Positions 10,804-20,766 of a stretch of 64,000 nt of DNA are shown piece by piece. Within the stretch, counting starts at the first letter, position 1. The number at the start of each line of letters is the position of its first letter. Below the pieces are notes generated by a model. It made no database searches. It worked only from the letters and a program-made list of their open reading frames with translations, and was not told the origin of the DNA. The stretch comes from an uncultured Planctomycetota bacterium (GTDB taxonomy: Bacteria; Planctomycetota; Planctomycetia; Isosphaerales; Isosphaeraceae), in assembly GCA_963823665.1 (NCBI GenBank), contig CAWGMQ010000006.1, forward strand, positions 1,344,001 through 1,408,000. Direction: 5' to 3'. The position numbers and the translations under genes are program-made.

Positions 10804-13044
10804 ATGAGTATCGGCCGCCGTCGTCCTAAACTCGCCCGGGTGCAACTGCGCCCGGCGCAATCAATCTCGCTTACGGAGAACCGCGCGGCCAGGCAGCGTG
10901 CGCGGTTGGTGCTCCTCTTCGGCCTGACGGTCGCGGTGGTGATGACCGCGCTCTTCGTGCACGGCTCGGGGCCGCCGTTCACGTTCCGCCAGGGTGAGCG
11001 GCCCACGCGCGAGCTCAGGGTCAATGTCTTCGAGTTCAAGCTTCGCAATCAGACCAAGACGAGCAGCGAGCGCCGGGCGGCAGCCGAGCAGGTCGCACCC
11101 GAGATGGTCAACGATCCGGGGCCGCTGCGCGAGCTGGCCAAGAATCTGGACGACTTGATCTCGGTCGTCGCCCGATCGAGCCGCTTCGAGGATGTGCGTG
11201 AGAACCTCCGCTCGAGCTGGAAGCTCAAGCCCGAGAGCTACCTCGACCTCAAAGCGGCTACGGACACCCCGGAGCGGCGCGATAACTTGCACGCCAAGCT
11301 GGCTCTCGCGTTCGAGCCTCTTCTTCGCGATGGCGTGCTCGGCCCAGGCACGCTCCCGACGAACGAGGAAACGGTACGCGTGCTCTCTGTGCGGAATGCC
11401 GACGAGCCCCGCTCCGCAAGCAGGTCCGTGCCGAGAGACCGTGTGGTCCCCGAACGAATCATCAAGCCGGACGGGGCGGTCGCCCAGGAATTCAAATCGG
11501 CCTTCACGACCCCGCAAGTCGGCCAGATCCTGTTCGACCTGGTCGCCGGCAAGCTGGATACGCTTGCGACCCTGACATATGAAGCCGACGCGACCGCGAA
11601 GCTTCGCGACGAGGCACGCACCCGCGTCCGTGACGTTTACGATACTTACAGCCGCGGCGACGTGCTGGTCGAAGCCGGCCGCAGGATCGGCCAGGAGCAG
11701 CTCATCCTGCTTCGCCGCGAGCACGAGGCCGCGATGCGAGAGCTCACTCTCGGCGATCGGGCCAAGCGCGGCCTCGGCATCCTGGCCCTGGTCGCCGGGC
11801 TCTATTTCCTTGCGGCGCTTTTGATCGTCCGGCGTGAGCCGCGATTCGCCCAAGATTATCGCCGCATCGCCATGCTCTGCGGCCTGTTGATTGTGGCTTT
11901 AGCACTGATCCGCCTGCTCGGAGCGCAGACCTGGAACGCCGAGATCGTGCCCGTGGCCATCGTCGGGATGATCGTGGCGATCGCCTTCACACCAAGCTTT
12001 GCGATGATGGTCACGTTTGCACTTTCCATCCTGACGTGCATCACGCTCGGCACCCAGATACCGCACTTCCTGGTCGTGATGGGCGGGACTTCGGCGGCCG
12101 TGCTCTCGCTCCGCGAGGTTCGCACTCGGACCAAGCTGATCAAAGTGGGTGCGGCCGCGTCGGCAGCCTACTTTCTGATCACCTGGGCGACCGGGCTCTG
12201 GCAGGATCAACCACTCGATGTCGTGCGCGACGACAGCTTCTGGCGCGCAGGCTGGGGACTCATGTCCGGCTTCCTGCTGGGAGGAAGCCTGCCGTTCATC
12301 GAGAACGCGCTCGGAATCGTTACCGGCATCAGCCTGCTCGAGCTCGGCGACAACACTCATCCCCTTCTCCAGGAGCTCGTCCGCCGTGCGCCCGGCACGC
12401 ACAACCACTCGATCACCGTCGGCGCGATCGCCGAATCGGCGGCCGAGCGCATCGGCGCCGACGGCTTGCTCGTTCGCATCGGCGCCTATTTTCACGATAT
12501 CGGCAAGATGCTCAAACCGCACTATTTCGTGGAAAACCAGGTCGGGTCGACCAGCCGCCATGCGAAGCTCGCACCGGCGATGAGCACGCTCATCATCATC
12601 GGCCACGTCAAGGATGGTGTCGACCTCGGCCGCCAGCACCACCTCCCCGAGCCGATCATCGACTTGATCGAGCAGCACCACGGGACGACTCTTGTCGAAT
12701 ACTTCTATCACGAAGCGAACAGGCGCAACGGCAACAATCCGGATGCGTCACCCGTCGCCGAGAGTTCCTATCGCTACCCGGGCCCCAAGCCGCAGACCCG
12801 CGAGGCAGCTATCCTCATGGTCGCCGACGCCGTCGAGAGCGCCAGCAGGACATTGTCGGACCCGGCTCCCGCCCGGCTCGAAGGGCTCGTGAGCGACCTG
12901 GTCGACAAGCGCCTGCGCGACGGCCAGTTCGACGAGTGCGGCCTCACCCTCCGCGAGATCGCCGAAATTCGCGAGAGCCTTATCAAGTCCCTGATCGGTA
13001 TCTACCACGGGCGGGTGAAATATCCCGAACATCGAACCGCTTGA
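10804..13044 (+). CDS. 7TM-HD (HDIG) phosphohydrolase, PgpH-like
   Basis: N-terminal TM, extracytoplasmic domain, 7 TM segments, APGTHNHS, YFHDIGK, HHGTT, YRYPGPKPQTRE, MVADAVES; conserved position between phoH and ybeY. Confidence 0.92.
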   Translation: MSIGRRRPKLARVQLRPAQSISLTENRAARQRARLVLLFGLTVAVVMTALFVHGSGPPFTFRQGERPTRELRVNVFEFKLRNQTKTSSERRAAAEQVAPEMVNDPGPLRELAKNLDDLISVVARSSRFEDVRENLRSSWKLKPESYLDLKAATDTPERRDNLHAKLALAFEPLLRDGVLGPGTLPTNEETVRVLSVRNADEPRSASRSVPRDRVVPERIIKPDGAVAQEFKSAFTTPQVGQILFDLVAGKLDTLATLTYEADATAKLRDEARTRVRDVYDTYSRGDVLVEAGRRIGQEQLILLRREHEAAMRELTLGDRAKRGLGILALVAGLYFLAALLIVRREPRFAQDYRRIAMLCGLLIVALALIRLLGAQTWNAEIVPVAIVGMIVAIAFTPSFAMMVTFALSILTCITLGTQIPHFLVVMGGTSAAVLSLREVRTRTKLIKVGAAASAAYFLITWATGLWQDQPLDVVRDDSFWRAGWGLMSGFLLGGSLPFIENALGIVTGISLLELGDNTHPLLQELVRRAPGTHNHSITVGAIAESAAERIGADGLLVRIGAYFHDIGKMLKPHYFVENQVGSTSRHAKLAPAMSTLIIIGHVKDGVDLGRQHHLPEPIIDLIEQHHGTTLVEYFYHEANRRNGNNPDASPVAESSYRYPGPKPQTREAAILMVADAVESASRTLSDPAPARLEGLVSDLVDKRLRDGQFDECGLTLREIAEIRESLIKSLIGIYHGRVKYPEHRTA

Positions 13045-13048
13045 GACG

Positions 13049-13474
13049 ATGCCCATCGAGATCCAGATCAGCGACACCCAGGGTCACCTGAAAATCAACC
13101 AGGCGACGATCGCCCGGATCGCCGAGACTGTCCTGGTCGCCGAAAATCGGCAGACCGCCTCGATCTCGATTGCCCTGGTCGACAACGACACGATTCATCG
13201 GCTGAACCGGATGCACCTCGGCCACGACTGGTCGACCGACGTCATCACGTTCCCGCTCTCGGACCCCGATGACGAGGAACTGTCCGGCGAGCTGGTGATC
13301 TCCACCGAGATGGCCGTCGCAACCGCCCGCGAGATGGGGCACGATCCGCTCGACGAGCTGGCCCTGTACATCGTCCACGGGCTGCTGCACCTCTGCGGAT
13401 ACGACGATTCGAACGAAGAACAGTCGGCCGCGATGACTCGCCGCCAGACGGAAATCTGGAGAGCCCTCCCCTGA
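13049..13474 (+). CDS. ybeY: rRNA maturation endoribonuclease YbeY
   Basis: TDVITFP, GELVIS, HGLLHLCGYDD. Confidence 0.95.
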   Translation: MPIEIQISDTQGHLKINQATIARIAETVLVAENRQTASISIALVDNDTIHRLNRMHLGHDWSTDVITFPLSDPDDEELSGELVISTEMAVATAREMGHDPLDELALYIVHGLLHLCGYDDSNEEQSAAMTRRQTEIWRALP

Positions 13475-13496
13475 TCAATGCAAGGGCGATCGTGCT

Positions 13497-16400
13497 TCAC
13501 GCACCGGCATGCCTGCCGAATCGTTCGCCCCTGGCCAGTAGTGCGTCGATCAAATGCGGATACCCCTCCGGCGCTGCCGTCGCGCGCGCCAGTTCCACGG
13601 CCGAGAGTTTCACCCCTCCACGAGACAGGATCGCGATCGCGTTTCCGCCTGGCTGGCCGTCATGGTTGCCGTCGATTAACCGGCCGATGCTGTCAACCAG
13701 TCCTGACGGCGCCACCCCATCGATCAGCAGTTGGACCGGCTTGGTGAGTGCGAACGGCTTCTTCGGGATGAGCGTCACAGAGTGGGTCGAATCCGTGTAC
13801 GTGGCCGATTTGAGTTTGATCACTGCCGCGTTCTTCGCGGTGTAAGACCCGTGTTTCCCCGGAGTCGCCAGGCGATAGATGCCTGTCGTCATATCGGCCT
13901 GGGTGGAATTGACCGACCCGCTGAAAACGACAGTTACTTGCGTGACTTGGTGTTTCTTGTTCGTCTTGTCCGTGACGCCGTTCACGGTCACCAGGGGCGG
14001 CACCACGACGATCGTCTGAATGATGCTCGGACTGCTCACGTCGCCGTACTTGTCAACCACCTCAACCTGGTATGAATACGATCCGGGGGAAAGCGGACCT
14101 TGCAACGTGAACTGGTAGTTGCCGGACCCATCCGCCGTGGTCGTGCTGATCGTAGTCGGCGGAGACCCGGCGATCCTGCTCGGAACAAGAAGCTGTGCGG
14201 TCGCTCCAGGAAACGTCGTACCGACGACCTCGGGACTCGTCGAGATGGTGGTCTCGCCCCCCGTCGCTCCGGTGCTTTCGGATGGCAAGAGCGTTGGCGG
14301 GCTCGGCCTGGGCGGTGCCGCCACGATTGTCAAGCTGAACGGCAAGCTGGCCGCGCTGCTGCCGTAGGCGTTCATTGCGACGACACGGAAGCTGTACGTG
14401 CCGGGGCCCAGCGGTGCGCCCGGCACCGGCAGGATGTACGTGCCGCTTGGGCCGGCGGTGGTCGAACCAACCACGGCGTTCAGATGGTCGAGAAGCTGGA
14501 CGGTCGCGCCGGGCTCGGCTGTACCGGAAAGGCTCGGCGACTCGACATCCGTGATGCCGTCACCCTTCGTTCCACTGTCGTCGTCAGCGAACAGCACCGG
14601 TGCCGGCGGCTGCGCCGGCGGCGGTCGGTGAATGGTCAGCGTGTTCGAGCTCGGGCTGCCCAGCTCCGCCCCGCTGCCGGGGCTGCTCAAGACCACGTTC
14701 ACCGTCAAGTCGGCAATGAGGCCGGCGTTCAGGAGCGGGATGCTGATCGTCTCGCTGTGCTGGCCTGCGGGGAAATTCAGGGTTGTATTCACCGCGGTGT
14801 AGTTTGTCCCGGCCACAGCCGTTCCGCCGGATGTCCCGATATTAACGCTCACAGCGCCCTGGTACCCGCTCGCCCGTTCGATCTCGATCGTCGCGCTGCC
14901 GGTGGTCTCGTCCACGGATTCAGAGGCCGTGGCAAACTCGAGAGCCGCCGCCGCGGCCACGGTGAAAGGGGTCGTCGTCGCCGCGAACCCGTTGCTGCCG
15001 GTCGCCCGCAGCGTGTAGCCGGTGTAGGCGGTCGCCAGCGTCAGATCCGCGAATGCGGCGACCCCGTCCACAGCATTGACGGTCTTGGTCCCGCCCAGAA
15101 CGGCGCCCGTCGGCCCGGTCAAGATCGCGATCGAAAGCGGTTGCGTGAACGATTGATCGATGTTTCCAAAGGGATCGAGGGCGCTGACGTCCACCTCGAA
15201 TTCGGTGTTGCCGGTCACGCTCGTGGTTGGCTGACTCGCAATGCTGAGCTTCGTGGCTGCTGCTGCGGTCACGCTGATCGAGCTGCTTGTCGCGGAAGTG
15301 AGACCAGCGTAGGCAGCGGTGATCGTGTACCCGCTGCCGGCCTGTTCTAGTGACACGTCCGTGAACGTCGCCACTCCCGCTACCGCCGCTACCGTGAACG
15401 TGCCGTAAAGCGTGCCCTGCCCCCCACTGTTCGCGACTGACAGCGTGACGTCCTCATTGAAGTTGCTGATGACGTGTCCTTGCGGATCCGTTGCCTCCAC
15501 GGTGAGCGGAAACGCCACTCCGGCGACGACCGCACTTGGTGGCTGCGCCGTGATGTTGAGCGACCCGACAAAGATCTTGACCGCGAAGCTGCCGATGCTG
15601 CCCACCGTGACGGCATTGCCCGCCAGGTCGGTCGGAGCCCCGCTCACCAGGTTGACGCTATACGTTCCGTCGTCAGCTTCACTCCACGATCCGCCCGGAG
15701 GCGTGATCTGATACGTGACGACAAATCCTTGTGCGTCGCCGGCGGCGTCCGTCGCACCCTGCGGCGTGGTGCTGACCACAGTCGTCACGATCGGCGATCC
15801 GATCCCGGGCGGCATCACCTGCACGACCGTCGCCGCCAAGCTCGATTTCTTGACGGCGAGATTGTCCGTGTAGGTGATGCTGAACGTGTACGGATTGAGC
15901 ATCGACGCATTCGAAACGTTGACCGCCGTCGCTTGCAGCGAGGCCGTCGGAGGGATCGTGTCGACCGCCGGCCCGATCTGATACGCACCGATGTCGGTCA
16001 CGCCGGCGACCGTCCGCGGCGCCCCGCGCTGGTCCGTCAGAACGTTTTGCGGATTCGCGCCGGCGCCCGCGGCGGGGCTCCCCGATTGCAAGGCAATCGT
16101 GGCAGTGGTCCCGCCGTTGTTCGCGAGGCCCACCGTCGCAAGCAGCGGATTCACTCCTACCAGGTTTCCGGGTGGGATGACCGTGCCCGCAGGCAGCGTC
16201 TGAAACAGCGAATCATTCGCGGTGATGTTCCCCTGGTAGTCGAGCGACCCATTGCCCGCGAACAGCGTACTGACCGCCGTGACGGTGCCTGCGGGTGCGG
16301 ATACAACTCCTGAGCCGATGTTGAGAGCGATCGTCGTGTTGTCGAGCGTTGCCGTCCCGCCAGCCACCGAAAGCGCGCCGGCGCCGGAGGTTCCCGAATT

Positions 16401-19400
16401 CCCCGCGAGGCCGGCCGCGCCCGGCCCGCCGGCGAGCGCCGCAGATCCGGGCTCGCCGCTGGCTCCTGAGACTCCACTCGTTGCGCCGCGGCCGCCGCCG
16501 ACCCCGCCGACACCAGCCCGGCCGCCCGGCCCGGCCTTGCCGCCGGCGCCGCCGGACCCCGCCACGCCCGCGATTCCGGCCGCGCCGCCCTGCGCGGAGT
16601 TCTTCGCGATGGTGACGTTCAACGTCGTGAGCGACCCGGCGGCCAGATAGATGCCGCCACCGGCTGCAGTTCCGCCGTTGCCTCCGTCTAAGCCACCCCC
16701 GCCCGGTCCCCCGGCACCGCCGTTTCCACCCGCGCCACCATGGCCTCCCACTCCCCCGGCGCCCGCTTTGCCCGCGCCGAGCTGAGCGTTTGACGTGAGC
16801 CCGGTCACACGTCCTCCCGCTCCGCCATCGTTGTAGGTAAATGCGTTGGTTGCCGTGCTGCTGGCGGCGACCAGCCCTCCGCGGCCGCCGTCGCCGCCGA
16901 GTCCGCCTGCTCCACCGCTTCCTCCATTCCCGCCGTCGCCGCCGAGCGCCGCGTTGAACGCCAGAGTGTCTGCGGCCAGCGTGACGCTTCCACTCGTGAC
17001 AAAGAGTGCCCCGCCGCCCGCCATTCCGCCATCACCGGCGCGGCCCCCGTTCCCCCCCGCGGCCCCGAGCCCCCCGTTCGCGCCGGCACCGTCACTGCCC
17101 CCGGAGCCTCCATTGCCGGCGGTGTTCGCATAGACGATAACTTGATTGCCATTTGTTCGCTTGACATCTCCGGCGTTCCCGCCCGCGCCTCCGCCTCCGC
17201 CAGGCCCACCCCTGCCGCTCGAAACTGTAGCGTTCGTGTTTTCGCCGCCGCCGGCACCCCCGCGCCCGCCGGTCCCTCCGGCGCCTCCCTGCGCGCTATT
17301 GCTGTCGAGCGTGGAGCCGGAGATCGCGATCGTGCTGCCGGTCACGAGAATCCCACCCCCGGAAGCCGGTCCCGCTGCACCGCCATCCCCACCGGCACCA
17401 CCGGCCGCCGCCGTCCCGACCGGGCCCGCATTGCCTCCTTTACCGCCTTTCCCTCCCCGACCGGCGTGGGCTCCCAGACCGATGACTCCACCTCCCGCCG
17501 AGGCGCCCGGCGGCCCTGCTGATCCGCCGGCCCCGCCCCCACCGCCCCCACCCCCGATTCCGCCCGCCAGGGCTGCACCGCCGGCTCCGCCTCCGCCCCC
17601 GGCGCCGCCTCGCCCGCCGGCAACCTGGTTGCCACGCACGCTGTTTCCGGAAAACGTCACATCGCCGCCGGCGTACACGGCGCCACCCGAAGCGGAACCA
17701 CCCGGTCCCCCGGCGCCACCGCGGCCGGCGCTGGCGCCGGGGCTCGGCTTGCCGCCGGCTCCCCCGTCGCCGCCGTTTCCACCTGATCCGCCGTTATAAT
17801 GAGGCGTGCCCGCTCCGCCCGCGTGGCCGATTCCGAAATATCCTGCACCGCCGGCTCCTCCGCTTCCGCCGCGGCCGCCATATCCGCCCTCGCCCGTGCC
17901 GCCGGCGCCGCCAGCACCTCCAGCTCCGCCAGTGCCCGCGTTTGCCTGGTTGCTTTCCATGTCGAGGGCCGTGAACACCACACTCGTCGCGCCCTCGCCG
18001 ATATAAACGCCGCCACCTCGCGCGGAACCCCCGGCGCCGCCCGCGCCCCCATCGGAACCGGCCGCACCGGCACCGCCATTGCCGCCTGCACCGCCGGCAC
18101 CCCCCGAGCCTCCTGCCCCGCCCGAAAGCGACGACTGCTCAGATACGGTCCCGTGCCCGCCCGTGCCGCCGCTGGCGCCAAAACCTCCTTCGCCGCCGCG
18201 GCCGCCTTTGCCGCCCAGGCCGCCTTTTCCGCCACTGCCCCCCGCGCCTCCGTTCGCGTCGTTGGACATAAATGTGCAGCCGTCGATGGAAATAGTACCG
18301 GCGGCAATGTAGACGGCGCCGCCGGCAGCGTCACCGCCCTCGCCCCCCTGTCCTGCCAGACCCGCTGCGCCTCCGGCGCCGCCTCGTCCGCCGATCCCGC
18401 CGGCCCCGCCGCCAGCTCCCGCGTGCTTCCCTCTCGCTCCCGCCGCTCCCCGGACGCCGGATCCGCCACTTCCTCCCTGCCCCCCGGCCCCGCCGGTTCC
18501 ACCGCCGCCCGCCGCCCCGCCCGCGCCGCCATCTGCGTTGTTCGATCCAAACTGATCGTTCGACAGAGTGACCGTGCCCGCTCCCAAATACAGGCCTCCG
18601 CCAGCGGCGTTTCCGGCGTTGCCGCCGCCGCCGCCATCACCGCCCGGCTTCCCGGCGACCCCGGTCCCTCCCTTGCCCCCCGCACGTCCATCGCCCATTC
18701 CTGTCGTTCCGTTGCCCGCGGAACCCGGCGCCCCATTCGCACCGCTTGATCCACTCCCGCCAGGGCCACCTACTCCGCCCATTCCGCCACGAGCCACGTT
18801 CGAGCCCAGATCGCTCGTTTTGAGCGTCAGGCCGCCTTCGGAAAGGTCGATGGCACCCCCGGCCGCAGTACCACCATTTCCGCCGGCGCCACCTTGAAGC
18901 CCCAGTCCTCCCGAGCCGCCGAGTGCACCCCGGCCGCCAATGGCCTGATTGCCTGTAAACTGTGAGGCAACCACGATGGCGGATCCTCCGCCGATGAACA
19001 GTCCCCCGCCAGCGGCCGCGCCGCCAGCCCCGCCAGCCCCGCCGTCGTGGTTATTGCCGGCGCCCCCAATCCCGTTTGCCCCCGCCACGCCGGCCCCGCC
19101 ATAGGCCGAGTTATCGTCGACCTTCACGTTATTCAGGGTCAGCGTGCCGGTGGCCAGATAGATTCCGCCTCCCTGTGCCGCAGCGCCGGCCGCACCGCTT
19201 GCGCCTGCCGGTGCCGATAATCCTCCGCCTGCGCTGGAGTTCGTCGGACCGGGGGCTCCCGCGCGATTGCTCTTCACACTCACGCTCGAGAACGTCACGT
19301 CGCCGCCGTCGATGAGGAATCCACCCCCTAAAGCGGCGTTGCCTCCGAGGGCGCCGCCGTCGCCCGCAGCCCCTCCCTGGACCGTCAAGTTCTGGAAGAC

Positions 19401-19784
19401 AACCGTGACCGCCGCCCCCTGGCTGCTCACAATCTGAAAAACACGATTCTGAAGCTGGCTCGCGTCCACGATCGTCGTTCCGGCGCCAGCCCCTACGATG
19501 GTAAACGTCTTCGCCGCCACACCCGCCGCCTGGTCGTTGATCAGCAGGTCGCCGGAGCTCGTATCCGTGAGCGAAAAAGTCCCCGTCTCCAGGTTGATCG
19601 TATTGCTTGCATCGCCGTTCGTATCCGACTGGTCGATCGCGTCGCGCAGGCTGCCGGCCGCACCGTCGGCAGTCGCTGCTGCGACGTTGAACACCGCCGG
19701 GTTGATCCGTATTTCCAGTCCTTCAAGATTGGGAAGCATCCTTCGCTTCCGGGCGACGCGGAACGATCGCGGACGCAATGCCAT
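13497..19784 (-). CDS. Giant secreted Gly-rich (PGRS-like) beta-helix/Ig/Calx-beta surface protein
   Basis: Leader RRMLPNLEGLEIR; GGAGG tracts interleaved with A.GGG(L/I)Y...G rungs; choice-of-anchor-Q-like LANNGG..DQRG..DIGAYQ; Calx-beta and Ig-like repeats. Confidence 0.88.
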   Translation of the reverse strand: MALRPRSFRVARKRRMLPNLEGLEIRINPAVFNVAAATADGAAGSLRDAIDQSDTNGDASNTINLETGTFSLTDTSSGDLLINDQAAGVAAKTFTIVGAGAGTTIVDASQLQNRVFQIVSSQGAAVTVVFQNLTVQGGAAGDGGALGGNAALGGGFLIDGGDVTFSSVSVKSNRAGAPGPTNSSAGGGLSAPAGASGAAGAAAQGGGIYLATGTLTLNNVKVDDNSAYGGAGVAGANGIGGAGNNHDGGAGGAGGAAAGGGLFIGGGSAIVVASQFTGNQAIGGRGALGGSGGLGLQGGAGGNGGTAAGGAIDLSEGGLTLKTSDLGSNVARGGMGGVGGPGGSGSSGANGAPGSAGNGTTGMGDGRAGGKGGTGVAGKPGGDGGGGGNAGNAAGGGLYLGAGTVTLSNDQFGSNNADGGAGGAAGGGGTGGAGGQGGSGGSGVRGAAGARGKHAGAGGGAGGIGGRGGAGGAAGLAGQGGEGGDAAGGAVYIAAGTISIDGCTFMSNDANGGAGGSGGKGGLGGKGGRGGEGGFGASGGTGGHGTVSEQSSLSGGAGGSGGAGGAGGNGGAGAAGSDGGAGGAGGSARGGGVYIGEGATSVVFTALDMESNQANAGTGGAGGAGGAGGTGEGGYGGRGGSGGAGGAGYFGIGHAGGAGTPHYNGGSGGNGGDGGAGGKPSPGASAGRGGAGGPGGSASGGAVYAGGDVTFSGNSVRGNQVAGGRGGAGGGGGAGGAALAGGIGGGGGGGGAGGSAGPPGASAGGGVIGLGAHAGRGGKGGKGGNAGPVGTAAAGGAGGDGGAAGPASGGGILVTGSTIAISGSTLDSNSAQGGAGGTGGRGGAGGGENTNATVSSGRGGPGGGGGAGGNAGDVKRTNGNQVIVYANTAGNGGSGGSDGAGANGGLGAAGGNGGRAGDGGMAGGGALFVTSGSVTLAADTLAFNAALGGDGGNGGSGGAGGLGGDGGRGGLVAASSTATNAFTYNDGGAGGRVTGLTSNAQLGAGKAGAGGVGGHGGAGGNGGAGGPGGGGLDGGNGGTAAGGGIYLAAGSLTTLNVTIAKNSAQGGAAGIAGVAGSGGAGGKAGPGGRAGVGGVGGGRGATSGVSGASGEPGSAALAGGPGAAGLAGNSGTSGAGALSVAGGTATLDNTTIALNIGSGVVSAPAGTVTAVSTLFAGNGSLDYQGNITANDSLFQTLPAGTVIPPGNLVGVNPLLATVGLANNGGTTATIALQSGSPAAGAGANPQNVLTDQRGAPRTVAGVTDIGAYQIGPAVDTIPPTASLQATAVNVSNASMLNPYTFSITYTDNLAVKKSSLAATVVQVMPPGIGSPIVTTVVSTTPQGATDAAGDAQGFVVTYQITPPGGSWSEADDGTYSVNLVSGAPTDLAGNAVTVGSIGSFAVKIFVGSLNITAQPPSAVVAGVAFPLTVEATDPQGHVISNFNEDVTLSVANSGGQGTLYGTFTVAAVAGVATFTDVSLEQAGSGYTITAAYAGLTSATSSSISVTAAAATKLSIASQPTTSVTGNTEFEVDVSALDPFGNIDQSFTQPLSIAILTGPTGAVLGGTKTVNAVDGVAAFADLTLATAYTGYTLRATGSNGFAATTTPFTVAAAAALEFATASESVDETTGSATIEIERASGYQGAVSVNIGTSGGTAVAGTNYTAVNTTLNFPAGQHSETISIPLLNAGLIADLTVNVVLSSPGSGAELGSPSSNTLTIHRPPPAQPPAPVLFADDDSGTKGDGITDVESPSLSGTAEPGATVQLLDHLNAVVGSTTAGPSGTYILPVPGAPLGPGTYSFRVVAMNAYGSSAASLPFSLTIVAAPPRPSPPTLLPSESTGATGGETTISTSPEVVGTTFPGATAQLLVPSRIAGSPPTTISTTTADGSGNYQFTLQGPLSPGSYSYQVEVVDKYGDVSSPSIIQTIVVVPPLVTVNGVTDKTNKKHQVTQVTVVFSGSVNSTQADMTTGIYRLATPGKHGSYTAKNAAVIKLKSATYTDSTHSVTLIPKKPFALTKPVQLLIDGVAPSGLVDSIGRLIDGNHDGQPGGNAIAILSRGGVKLSAVELARATAAPEGYPHLIDALLARGERFGRHAGA

Positions 19785-20015
19785 GAAACTCTCCAGGTCC
19801 AGAGCCGGGTGCCTTGGGATCCAAACCCCTCATCGATGACGAGGTAAACTCTTCGGCCATGGCACCGGCGAACTTCACAATATAATGCGATCACGCATTC
19901 GTTTTCCAGACTCCCGCACGCGCGAAGCCTCCCGAATGCTAGAATCGAACCCAGGCGATCCCTTTTCGACACCCGGCTCATCCGCTCACAAGCATGGGGT
20001 GGGGACTGAACTTCC

Positions 20016-20762
20016 GTGCCGGCAATCCGAACGCTAGCTCTGGTTCTGCGAACGGTCGAGGTCTTTGAAACCAGCTCGGTCGCAACGCTTTTCACGCGCG
20101 AGCTGGGAAAGGTCTCGATCCTGGCGAAGGGCGCCCGGCGGCTCAAGTCGCCGCTTCAGGGTGGCCTTGACCTGCTCGGCGTTTCGGATATGGTGATCTT
20201 CACGAAAGCGGGAGAGGCGCTCGAGTTGTTGGCCGAGGCCGCCCCCGTCGAACGATTCCCATCTCTTCGCCGCAATCTTGCGGCCCTCTATGCCGGCTAC
20301 TACATCGCCGAACTGCTGTCTGACCTGACCGACATCCACGATCCGCATCCCAAGCTGTTCGACGCGGCGACGGTCACGTTGCGGCATCTGGGGGACGAAG
20401 GATTGCGCTCGGGGCGGGTTCTCCGGTTCGAGCTGGCGTGCCTGCGTGAGCTCGGAATCATGCCGTCTCTCGACCAGTGCGCTCAATGCGGTGGCGATGC
20501 CGCCTCGGAAGGGGGAAAGGTGTCCTTCGGGCTCTCGAGCGGCGGTGTTCTCTGTGAGGCCTGCCGGCCTGGCCAGCCGCACGTCGTAAGATTACCGAAC
20601 AGCGACCTCCAGGCGATCCGAATCCTGGCCAGTCCGGGCAGCGCCTGGCGTGAGCTCTGCTTTCGCCCGCGACACCTCGTTGCGGCGCGAGACGCCATCG
20701 GCGCGGTCGTCAGCCACGCTCGGGGCCGTCGTTCCCAACTTCGGCCCTTGCTCGGAGTTTGA
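20016..20762 (+). CDS. recO: DNA repair protein RecO
   Basis: LVLR...ETS.VATLFTRELGKV..LAKGAR, FEL..L.ELG..P.L..C..C, GGVLC..C zinc motif. Confidence 0.93.
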   Translation: MPAIRTLALVLRTVEVFETSSVATLFTRELGKVSILAKGARRLKSPLQGGLDLLGVSDMVIFTKAGEALELLAEAAPVERFPSLRRNLAALYAGYYIAELLSDLTDIHDPHPKLFDAATVTLRHLGDEGLRSGRVLRFELACLRELGIMPSLDQCAQCGGDAASEGGKVSFGLSSGGVLCEACRPGQPHVVRLPNSDLQAIRILASPGSAWRELCFRPRHLVAARDAIGAVVSHARGRRSQLRPLLGV

Positions 20763-20766
20763 CTTG

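Noticed and set aside
9625..13474. phoH-7TM-HD-ybeY as a novel system
   Set aside because: Well-known conserved gene order.
16157..19102. Many Pro-rich + strand ORFs (also 50273-53241)
   Set aside because: Antisense shadows of Gly-rich genes.
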